49,277 bases of DNA from the NCBI GenBank assembly GCA_039927695.1, contig JBDSUM010000004.1, positions 1-49,277 on the forward strand, in the 5' to 3' direction. Source of the stretch: Minisyncoccota bacterium. GTDB lineage: Bacteria; Patescibacteriota; Minisyncoccia; Phycocordibacterales; Phycocordibacteraceae. The translations under genes were made by a program, and so were the position numbers. Below the pieces are notes generated by a model, which was given only the letters and a program-made list of their open reading frames with translations, made no database searches and was not told where the DNA came from. Positions 1 through 8,507 of this stretch are shown one piece after another; position 1 is the stretch's first letter; every line of letters starts with the position of its first letter.

Positions 1-22
1 GATACAATGCGGCTACCTTTAT

Positions 23-592
23 ATGGATCCACTTGCCCGTCTGTTTGGTTCGTATGCCCGTCTGAAATTGCTCCGGCTCTTTGTTTTTAACGATGACATG
101 AGCTTTACCATTCCTGATATCGTTGAACGCACGAAGACTCCCAAAGATGCTGTTCGAAAAGAAGTGTCCGCACTCGTTACGTGCGGGCTAATACGAAAGC
201 GAGCAGGAAAGGGAGGGGTGCAGTATGTGGCTAACAGGAAGTTCCAGTATTTCGATGCGCTACAATCTTTCATTCGTAGTACTACGAACCTTAGTGATAC
301 CGACATCGTAACGTCATTCAAACGCGCCGGCGCAATACGACTCGTAGTGCTTACGGGACTTTTCACCGGAGCACTTGAAACAAAAGTCGATCTTCTTATT
401 GTTGGTGACAAGCTGGAAGACAAACAACTCGAAAGCTCTGTGCGCGCCTTGGAAGCTGACCTTGGTCGCGAACTTCGTTTTGCCTCATTCTCAACAGAAG
501 ACTTTGCCTATCGTCGTGGTGTATACGATCGCCTTCTTCGAGATATCTTCGACTTTCCGCATCGCGTGATTTTTGATCGCCTAGGACTTTAA
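23..592 (+). CDS. Winged-helix plus degenerate nucleotidyltransferase-like protein (conserved Parcubacteria hypothetical)
   Basis: 189-aa ORF. N-terminal HTH-like segment (LFGSYARLKLLRLF...VRKEVSALVTCGLI). C-terminal polymerase-beta-like motif VVLTGLF...KVDLLIVGD. Confidence 0.6.
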   Translation: MDPLARLFGSYARLKLLRLFVFNDDMSFTIPDIVERTKTPKDAVRKEVSALVTCGLIRKRAGKGGVQYVANRKFQYFDALQSFIRSTTNLSDTDIVTSFKRAGAIRLVVLTGLFTGALETKVDLLIVGDKLEDKQLESSVRALEADLGRELRFASFSTEDFAYRRGVYDRLLRDIFDFPHRVIFDRLGL

Positions 593-717
593 GCATTCGA
601 CTTGGTATTTGGGTATCCACAGCCCTTCATAAAACAGCGAGCCCGCTTGCTACACTTTCAGTAAGCCCCGCCCAGCGGACGCTGTGATACTCATTAACCA
701 ATTTACACACCCTTATT

Positions 718-1398
718 ATGTTTCTCACTACTTGGGCTGATGTGCTGACCCAGTCCTTCCAGAGCCTCTTCTACGGTCTCGTGGCGTTTATCCCGAACCT
801 CATCATCGCGCTTGTCATCTTCGTCATCGGATGGCTCATCGGAAGTCTCTTTGGTCGCGTTGTCTCACAGATTGTCCGTTCGGCTCGTGTAGACGACGCA
901 CTTCGTTCAGCAGGCGTTGAACGTGTTGTTGAACGTTCTGGCTTCCGTCTCGATTCAGGAGCATTCCTTGGATTCCTCGTGAAGTGGTTCTTTATTATCG
1001 TCTTCCTCGTTGCGGCACTCGACGTGCTTCATCTTACTGAAGTTACGATCTTCCTTCGCACGGTTGTTCTTGGATATCTTCCACAGGTGATTATCGCAGT
1101 GCTTATTCTTCTTGTAGCCGCTGTACTTGCAGACGCGGTACAGAAGGTTGTAACAGGAGCAGCAAAGACCGCTCGTTTGCGTTCCGCAAGCTTGCTCGGC
1201 TCTATCGCTCGCTGGGCGATCTGGATATTCGCAATACTCGCAGCACTTGATCACCTTCAGGTCGCGAGCGATTTCATTCAGCCGCTCTTCACTGGTCTCG
1301 TTGTAGCTCTTGCACTAGCATTCGGACTTTCGTTCGGTCTTGGAGGTCAGGCAGCTGCTGCGCGCGCTATTGAAAAGATGCGTGAGGAAATCAAATAA
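718..1398 (+). CDS. TM-helix-repeat membrane protein (MscS N-terminal/CmpX-like)
   Basis: 226 aa, multiple TM helices, repeated FIPNLIIALVIF and YLPQVIIAVLIL segments, C-terminal ALAFGLSFGLGG. Confidence 0.8.
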   Translation: MFLTTWADVLTQSFQSLFYGLVAFIPNLIIALVIFVIGWLIGSLFGRVVSQIVRSARVDDALRSAGVERVVERSGFRLDSGAFLGFLVKWFFIIVFLVAALDVLHLTEVTIFLRTVVLGYLPQVIIAVLILLVAAVLADAVQKVVTGAAKTARLRSASLLGSIARWAIWIFAILAALDHLQVASDFIQPLFTGLVVALALAFGLSFGLGGQAAAARAIEKMREEIK

Positions 1399-1424
1399 GG
1401 AAGTCCATCAAAAGTGAATATGAA

Positions 1425-1457
1425 AAGAACGCGATTCTCTTCGAGAATCGCGTTCTT
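1425..1457. terminator. Intrinsic terminator hairpin between convergent genes
   Basis: 15-bp perfect stem AAGAACGCGATTCTC-TTC-GAGAATCGCGTTCTT. Confidence 0.7.
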
Positions 1458-1477
1458 GGTGGTTCGTTCGCCCTGCT

Positions 1478-1840
1478 TCAACGAACCTGTGCACGGCTGG
1501 GGCAGTTCCATTGAATCAGTCGCGGAATCATGATGATAATAAGCACCGTGTCCACAATTAGGAGCCAGTGAGGCTCCAGGTAAGCCATTAGTACCAGGAT
1601 GAGTGAGGGCACCCATCGCGCGCGGATCCCCCCGGTCCGAAACATTGGTGTCGAATAGTCATCTCCGTCAACATAATCGGGGAGGCTGGTTTCTGTCAGC
1701 ATCCCATCCATGAAGATCCCTCCGACTATGAATGCTGTTAGAGCACAGAAGATGCTCACGGTTGTTCCCAACTTCAACTCTATAATTCCATGGCATGTGC
1801 ACATGATTACGGCCCACACCGGCACGTCTTTCATTTTCAT
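1478..1840 (-). CDS. Hypothetical membrane protein
   Basis: Hydrophobic ORF. Start trimmed to ATG 1840, which has GGAGGA 7 nt upstream. Confidence 0.55.
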   Translation of the reverse strand: MKMKDVPVWAVIMCTCHGIIELKLGTTVSIFCALTAFIVGGIFMDGMLTETSLPDYVDGDDYSTPMFRTGGIRARWVPSLILVLMAYLEPHWLLIVDTVLIIIMIPRLIQWNCPSRAQVR

Positions 1841-1977
1841 TTCAATGTCCTCCAGACCCACGGCGGTGCCATCACACAGATGATGCCGAACCAACGATAT
1901 TATACCCTCATTATGTTTTTAATCAAGTGATATTCCATGCCATTCCGGAGGATCCAAAATGCTACCTCGTCCCTTTG

Positions 1978-2006
1978 TTGACAGGCTAATTCGCTACCTA
2001 TATACT
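1978..2006 (+). promoter_or_regulatory. Sigma70 promoter of the 23S-5S transcription unit
   Basis: TTGACA (1978-1983), 17-nt spacer, TATACT (2001-2006). Confidence 0.85.
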
Positions 2007-2566
2007 CCTCTTACGTGTCTATTACCAAGGAATTCGAAACTACTTAAGGAGCGGATGAGGGAAGGCCGAAAGGCCTTCTACTAAGCCGCCCCGAAAGGGG
2101 CTTTTTTCTTTCTGGGACTGAAACACGTGAACTTTGACAGATGAATAGGTTATAGGTAATCAACGTCGCGTCATGCGCAGCATTGGTGGAATGTGAGCAA
2201 TCAGATTCCACCAATGCTGCGCAGCGATGCGGCTTGAAATTGCAAATTCAAAGAGCGGGTTCGTCTAATAAACGAATCCCTTCCGATGCACGTATTTATA
2301 TGTGTCATCGGAAAAACAACGTTAAGTGGTATTCAGGTTTCCGCATTGGAAACAATAAGGGTGCACGGTGGATGCCTTGGCTTAGAAATGCGATGAAGGA
2401 CGTGACTAGTCTGCGAAATGCTTCGGGGAGGTGACTTGTAACCTTTGATCCGGAGGTGTCCGAATGGGGAAACCCGATCTGTAAAGATCATTCTACCCGT
2501 ATGTGGTAGAGAGCGAACCTGGGGAAGTAAAACATTTCAGTACCCAGAGGAATAGAAAACAACAGC

Positions 2567-2614
2567 GGGTTGTGTTCTGTCTATTCGATTCGTCGAATGG
2601 ATGGAACACAACCC
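2567..2614 (+). other. Hairpin expansion in 23S domain I (about E. coli 225)
   Basis: 22-bp stem GGGTTGTGTTCTGTCTATTCGA-TTCG-TCGAATGGATGGAACACAACCC inserted between conserved AGAAAACAAC and GATTCCCTTAGTAGCGGCGAGCG. Confidence 0.8.
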
Positions 2615-2627
2615 TTGCGATTCCCTT

Positions 2628-2661
<34 letters not shown>

Positions 2662-2901
2662 GGTGTCTTCGGACATCGGGGTAGTAAGGCAGGAGCTCCG
2701 TACTTGTACGGCAAAAGTTACAAAAGTTCTATATAGCGGAAGTTGCTGGGAAGCAACGCCCCAGAGGGTAATGGCCCCGTACGCGAAATATAAAACTCTT
2801 TTGTGCTCCTGTTCTTGAGTAGCTCGAGACACGAATAGCTCGAGTGAATCTGCCGGAACTAACCGGTAAGGCTAAATACTTTCTAAGACCGATAGCGAAC
2901 T

Positions 2902-2932
<31 letters not shown>

Positions 2933-3505
2933 GAGAGGGGAGTGAAATAGAACTGAAACCGTGTACTTACAAAGGGTTATGGCGGGCCTCGTGTCCGTTA
3001 TAGCGTGCCTATTGAAGAATGAGCCTGCGAGTGTATGTATGTTGCATTTGGCTAAGTCCGTAAAGGGACGGAGCCTCAGGGAAACCGAGTGTGAATAGCG
3101 CGTTAGTAGCATACATACGACCCGAAGCCAGGTGAGCTTGCCATGAGCAGGTTGAAGTGTGACGAAAGTCACATGGAGGACCGAACCCGTAGATCGTACA
3201 ACGTCTTGGGATGACTTGTGGTAAGGAGTGAAAAGCTAATCGAACCTGGTAATAGCTGGTTCTCTCCGAAACATCTTTTGGGATGGCGTCGTGTGATCAG
3301 TCTGGGGGTAGAGCACTGGAAGGGATGAACAGGGGGAAACCTCGTCATTCCTATCAAACTCCGAATACCAGAAATTACAGCACGGCAGTTAGACGCTGGG
3401 GGCGAAGCTCCAGTCGTCGAAGGGGGAAGAGCCCTAGATCGCCAGTTAAGGTCCCTAAATTAACGCTCAGTACAACTTAAGGAAGTGAGGATCCTTTGAC
3501 AATGA

Positions 3506-3537
<32 letters not shown>

Positions 3538-3613
3538 GAAAGCGTAACAGCTCACTCATCGAGGGTCCTTGCGCCGAAGATAATCGGGGTTAAGCGTTAT
3601 ACCGAAACTGCGG

Positions 3614-4051
3614 GCTTGTGCGTTTCATAGAGGGTTGAAAAATACTCTTAAGATTAAAGTGGATGTGCGTGTCTAGTAGGTGTCGCCAAGCGACAATGAA
3701 GTACACGCCGTGGAGTGAAGGAAGATAAAAACAGAAGGTCATACATGAAGGACGTACTAAGGCTGCGATAAGCTGCAGGTAGGTGCCCAGAACTGTTGAT
3801 CTGCAGATATCCTATGGGGAAACCCGGAACACTTGGGGGTTGAATGACGCCAGACGGTTACGTCTTTGTTTAGTCATTTCGCTTTTGCCAATTGGTTCCA
3901 TTGCGAGAAATCGCAACAGTGACGTCTGTTCTTCCTTATGTTTCCTCGGACGGCGAAAGTCACGTCGAACATGATGAGTCGGTAATAGACTCGTCCACTT
4001 CAGAAACACAGTGCGAACATTTTGTTCGTACCCTCTATGAAACGTGCAAGC
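3614..4051 (+). ncRNA. Helix-45 intervening sequence (IVS) in 23S, ORF-less and structured
   Basis: 22-bp closing stem 3614-3635/4030-4051 replaces H45 between ACCGAAACTGCG and GGTAGGAGAGCGTTCT. H45 is a known bacterial IVS site. Confidence 0.9.
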
Positions 4052-4783
4052 GGTAGGAGAGCGTTCTGTTCTGCGATGAAGCCTAACGGGTGACCGAGGG
4101 TGGAGCGTACAGAAGTGAGAATGCAGGCACAAGTAACCACAATGCGGGTGAGAACCCCGCACGCCGAAAGAACAAGGTTTCCTCAGCTATGATGATCAAC
4201 TGAGGGTTAGTCGGGCCTAAGGGGATGGCGAAAGCCGCACCCGATGGACACATGGTTAATATTCCATGACCGATCATATGTGCGATGGAGTGACGGATTG
4301 CTGTATTTATTGCCCATTATTGGATTTGGGTTTGTGAGTGAGGAGGTCTTCTAGGCAAATCCGGAAGACAATACTCCGAGCGGAGCGACAATTTCCTTCT
4401 ACGGAGGGGGAGAGAATAGAGAGCGCGGTTCCAAGAAAAGCTTCTAAGCTCTAGCATATGACGACCGTACCGGAAACCGACACAGGTGTTCAGCTCGAGT
4501 AGAGTAAGGCGAACGAGTGAGAGGTCCTCAAGGAACTCGGCAAAAAAGCGGCCGTAAGTTAGCGATAAGGCCTGCCCCATAGCAATATGGGGCCGCAGCG
4601 AAAGATTTTCTGGCAACTGTTTACCAAAAACACAGCTCCCTGCGAACTCGTAAGAGGATGTATAGGGGGTGACGCCTGACCAATGCCGGAAGGTCAAGCA
4701 CGGAAGGTCCAATGATTTCGATTGTTGGGCTGGATCGTATAAGCCCCGGTGAATGTCGGCGATAACTATAATCGTCCTAAGGT

Positions 4784-5014
4784 TCTGTATCTGAGCAATC
4801 GGATACAGAACGGATTGGGGCGGTTATAGGAGACCGTAAACAGTGTAGAGATACGTGCGTCATTAAAAGCTACCTCGTCATACAGTAATGTATGACAGTA
4901 TCCGCGGCTCACAAGAGAGGCCATACGCCGCGCTTCCACATCTAACTGCCATCAGCTAACGCTGAGAGCAATGGTGAGGGAAGAAGAAATGGTCCTACGT
5001 TAAAGGAATAGTAG
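4784..5014 (+). ncRNA. Group I intron at 23S L1931 (231 nt, ORF-less, atypical)
   Basis: Interrupts CCTAAGGT|AGCGTAATTCC. Exon ends in U, intron ends in G. P7 GAGGCCAT/ATGGTCC, P3 GGCG/CGCC and P8 CTTCC/GGAAG occur in canonical order. Confidence 0.75.
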
Positions 5015-5675
5015 AGCGTAATTCCTTGTCTGGTAAGTTCAGACGTGCACGAATGGCGTAATGACTGGAAAACTGTCTCGAGGACTCGCTCGGTGAAAAT
5101 GCAATACCGGTGAAGATGCCGGTTACCCGTAGTTAGACGAAAAGACCCCAGGAGCTTTACTACAGCTTGGTATTGGGGCTGTGTGGTTCATGCGTAGAAT
5201 AGGTGGGAGACTTTGAAGCAACGGTTTCGGCTGTTGTGGAGTCGCCAGTGAAATACCACCCTTGAATTGTGCAGTCTCTAACCCCCATAAGAACTATGGG
5301 GGGACAGTGCCTGGCGGGTAGTTTTGGTGGGGCGCTATCCTCCTAAAAAGTAACGGAGGAGTCTATTAAGGTTCTCTAGGCGCGAATGGAAACCGTGCCG
5401 ATAGTGTAATGGCATAAGAGAGCTTAACTGTAAGGGGTACATCCCGCACAGATGCGAAAGCAGAGCATAGTGAACCGATGGTCCGCCTTAGATGCGGCCA
5501 GAGATTAACGGATATAAGTTACCCTGGGGATAACAGGCTAGTTCCGCCCAAGCGTCCATAGCGACGGCGGAGTTCGGCACCTCGATGTCGGCTCACCTTA
5601 GCGCGGGGCTGGAGAAGGTCCCAAGCGTTTGGCTGTTCGCCAATTAAAAAGGTACGCGAGCTGGGTTCAAACCGT

Positions 5676-6134
5676 GAGGGATTCAAATCCTCGGATTTGT
5701 TTCTCTCACTGTTTGAATCCCTTTGAGATTTCTGTTGTCAGAACTTAAAAAAGTGAATTGTGCGCGACATTTCTTTCTTGCTCGTCCGCGAGCTTAGAAA
5801 GAAAGAAGTCCCCCTTGTGGGGAATTGTGAATGTCTTTTCGTCTTGAAATTAAGATAGAACCAACCATGACACGGCGGTTGTGTGCAGGGATGCATACAA
5901 ACAAACTGACTCATATCGGTAAAACCCGAATTCGCTCACCAGCGAAAGGGCAATACCGAGGGAATTTGGTCACGTACTGCATGGTGAGCTTGAGACAAGT
6001 CTCTAGCTCACCATGCAGTACGGAGACTGCTGCCCTTAGAGACTGAATGTCAGTCACGAAGAACTCGTGATGTTACAGTCCGATCCCTTCAGTAACGGAG
6101 GAGTTAGCTGGCAAGCTAACGATAAAACGAAATG
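5676..6134 (+). ncRNA. Group I intron at 23S L2593 (459 nt, ORF-less)
   Basis: Interrupts AAACCGT|CGTGAGACAG and ends in G. Internal guide CACGGCGGTT (5871-5880) pairs both exons with the G-U splice wobble. P3 CTGAC/GTCAG, P4 TCGGT/ACCGA, P7 GAGACTG/CAGTCC. Confidence 0.92.
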
Positions 6135-6518
6135 CGTGAGACAGGTTGGTCTCCTATCTACTACGGGCGTTGATTCTTGATGAGTGTTGCCCCTAGTACG
6201 AGAGGACCGGGGTGAACTGACCTCTGGTCTACCAGCTGTCTTGCCAAAGGCACCGCTGGGTAGCTATGTCGGGATGGGATAACTGCTGAAAGCATATAAG
6301 CGGGAAGCCCACTCAAAGATTAGGAATCGTTATGAGACACCTTAGAGATTATGAGGTTGATAGGCTTTAGATATACGCACAGTAATGTGTTCAGTCGAGA
6401 AGTACTAATATGTCCAGTTTCCTGTGCGGAATTCTGTATGTCACAGAGTTGTTTTGTTTGAATTTGTTTACCTATAACCTATTCCTCTGGATGAGTTCTA
6501 AAAAGAACGCACCCAGAA

Positions 6519-6627
6519 CGCTGGTGATTTATCGGAGGGGTTATACCCGTTCCCATTCCGAACACGGCAGTCAAGCCCTCTTGAGCCGATGGTACTCCGA
6601 AAGGGGGAGAGTAGGTTGTCGCCAGCG
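6519..6627 (+). rRNA. rrf: 5S rRNA
   Basis: CCCGTTCCCATTCCGAACACGG, GCCGATGGTACT and GGGAGAGTAGG motifs; paired ends CGCTGG/CCAGCG. Confidence 0.95.
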
Positions 6628-6643
6628 TTCTGGGTGTGTTTTC

Positions 6644-6680
6644 AAAAGGCCGCGCACGAAAGTGCGCGGCCTTTTGTTTT
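6644..6680 (+). terminator. rRNA unit terminator
   Basis: AAAAGGCCGCGCAC-GAAA-GTGCGCGGCCTTTT followed by GTTTT. Confidence 0.9.
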
Positions 6681-6743
6681 GGTCACTGTATTACCTCGAG
6701 ATATGGAGCTTAGCAAATTTGAATAAGGCGATACAATAGAGGT

Positions 6744-7646
6744 ATGGAACGTCCAGAAGAGAAAATCCGCTGTATCCTCCACGGAAGCTTCCGTAAGCAT
6801 TTTGAACTTATTCAAGAAATTCACGATATTTTTATCGCGGCAAATATTGAAGTAATCGCACCCAAAAAGTCTGAGTTAATCTCCATCGAGAATGGCTTTG
6901 CTTTATTAGAAGGAGAAAAAAATCAAGACCCTCGACTCATTGAGCTTCTCTATCTCCATAATCTTAAAAGGCTGGGACCGAGTGGCTTTAGTTATTTCGT
7001 CAATCCGGAAGGGTATATAGGAAAGAGTGCATCATACGAACTTGGTATTGCTCAAATATCCAATACCCGATGTTTCTTCTATAGCGAACTTGATGACCAT
7101 CCTGCATACGTACACAAGAATTCAACATGGAGCCCTCATTCACTTGCTGAATACATATATGAACACAAGACACTTCCCGCCCCACAGGTTAAGAGAAATG
7201 AGAAAGCTCTACATAACCTCTGGCAAGAACTAATGGTGCCCGGATCAATCGTAGCTGCAGGTGCAATTATCGAGTACGAACCTACCAAAGAAGTACTTCT
7301 CGTTAAGACCCACAAATGGGGCGACCGTTACTCGATTGTTGGAGGAAAAGTCAAAAGAAACGAACGCCTTTCCGATACGCTACTTCGTGAAGTCAAAGAG
7401 GAAACTGGCCTTAACGGTAGAGTTGGAAGACATCTTGCAACATTCGATCAGATAAAGAACTCTGGCTACTATGAGACTGGTATGCAGCATATTTTCGTGG
7501 ACAACATCGTCACGGTAGAAAGCAAAAGAATTCACTTAAACGAAGAAGCCCAGGACTATATTTGGATACCAGCTAAAGAGGCGCTCCGATATCTGGATAT
7601 TGAACCGAATGCACGACATACTCTTGAGTTGTACGCTAAGGTATAG
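6744..7646 (+). CDS. NUDIX hydrolase fused to an N-terminal nucleoside 2'-deoxyribosyltransferase-like domain
   Basis: Nudix box GGKVKRNERLSDTLLREVKEETG. N-terminal LHGSFRK and YIGKSASYELGIA motifs resemble NDT-like Rossmann folds. Confidence 0.75.
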   Translation: MERPEEKIRCILHGSFRKHFELIQEIHDIFIAANIEVIAPKKSELISIENGFALLEGEKNQDPRLIELLYLHNLKRLGPSGFSYFVNPEGYIGKSASYELGIAQISNTRCFFYSELDDHPAYVHKNSTWSPHSLAEYIYEHKTLPAPQVKRNEKALHNLWQELMVPGSIVAAGAIIEYEPTKEVLLVKTHKWGDRYSIVGGKVKRNERLSDTLLREVKEETGLNGRVGRHLATFDQIKNSGYYETGMQHIFVDNIVTVESKRIHLNEEAQDYIWIPAKEALRYLDIEPNARHTLELYAKV

Positions 7647-7739
7647 AGTTATTACCACAAGACCGCGCCCAGGGCATAAAGGCACTTCTTCGCCCCAAGC
7701 CGAATGCCTCCTAAGAGCGAAATGTCGTATAATGACCCT

Positions 7740-8507
7740 ATGGATTGGGCACATAAAAGGAAGTTCATAGTATTTTCTATATTCGGTGCCTTGGTAGTTG
7801 CTGTTGCGGCTATCATCGGTTTCAGCGTCTTTTACCACACACCAACGTGTATAGATAAAAAGATGAATCAGGACGAGACTGGTATCGACTGTGGTGGCTC
7901 ATGCAGCATACTCTGTTCAGCAGAAGTTCCACCAGCAACGGTACGATTCGCACGCACGATCATACAATCAGGACGTACTGATGTGATCGCATATGTTGAT
8001 AACGGGAACTCAACTGCTTACGCAAAAGATGCTTCCATGACGCTCGAAGCGTATAAGTCAGATGGCACGCTTGTAACGGCACGCGTGAAAGTTAACCTTC
8101 CTCCACGCGCGAGTGTACCGGTCTTTATTCCCGGTATCGCATCTGCAGGGGCGGGCATTCGCCAAGCTTTCTTAACCTTCGACCAGGGTTCACCAGTATG
8201 GATGCGGGGTACGGCGATAGACCCTTCCGTTATCGTAAGCAATGTAGTGACACTAACACCGGAGACAAAACCACGTATTACAGCTACGCTAGTGAACCAA
8301 ACAGCAAAGCCTGTGTACAACACGGTGGTAACAGTGACAGTCTTTGGAGCAGACGGGGAAGCGCTTGCTGCATCGCAGACAATTGTCCCTACTCTCCCCG
8401 CTCAAGGCACTGCGCCGATGATCTTTACCTGGAACGAGCCCTTCGCAGCTCCTGTGGTGCGAGTAGATGTGGTGCCTACGCAGTCAGCACCGCGTATACA
8501 GTTATGA
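7740..8507 (+). CDS. Membrane-anchored exported protein with a Cys-rich CxDxxxNQDETGxDCGGSC motif
   Basis: N-terminal TM helix, Cys motif, beta-rich C-terminus. Start ATG 7740 lies 6 nt after TATAAT. Confidence 0.7.
   Translation: MDWAHKRKFIVFSIFGALVVAVAAIIGFSVFYHTPTCIDKKMNQDETGIDCGGSCSILCSAEVPPATVRFARTIIQSGRTDVIAYVDNGNSTAYAKDASMTLEAYKSDGTLVTARVKVNLPPRASVPVFIPGIASAGAGIRQAFLTFDQGSPVWMRGTAIDPSVIVSNVVTLTPETKPRITATLVNQTAKPVYNTVVTVTVFGADGEALAASQTIVPTLPAQGTAPMIFTWNEPFAAPVVRVDVVPTQSAPRIQL

Noticed and set aside
634-685. Possible riboswitch-like fold upstream of the TM-repeat gene (ACAGCG/CGCTGT, CCGCT/AGCGG)
   Set aside because: An extended -10 (TGCTACACT, 648-656) lies inside it, so the 5' arms are probably not transcribed, and it matches no aptamer I recognise.
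1961-1971. GCTACCTCGTC shared between the 23S upstream region and the L1931 intron (4869-4879)
   Set aside because: Shared 11-mers are expected by chance many times in 49 kb, and there is no supporting context.
2052-2078. Hammerhead-like look of CGGATGAG...GGCCGAAAGGCC (also ATGATGAG at 3971)
   Set aside because: The CUGAUGA core is not intact and no GAAA follows stem II.
3745-3826. The second 23S-like segment as a simple assembly duplication
   Set aside because: It differs from 2393-2476 by compensatory substitutions and indels and is enclosed by several nested stems, which a collapsed repeat would not produce. A read check is still advisable.
4855-4859. GTGCG as a group II intron 5' end
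   Set aside because: It is internal, there is no convincing domain V, and the boundaries (U|...G) plus P3/P7/P8 fit group I.
8198-8503. Long N-terminal extensions in the ORF track (rodA 8198, sugar transferase 10684, secD 13516, 31907, FkbM 48322)
   Set aside because: They overlap neighbouring genes or promoters. Downstream ATGs fit the family N-termini or have adjacent -10 or SD signals.
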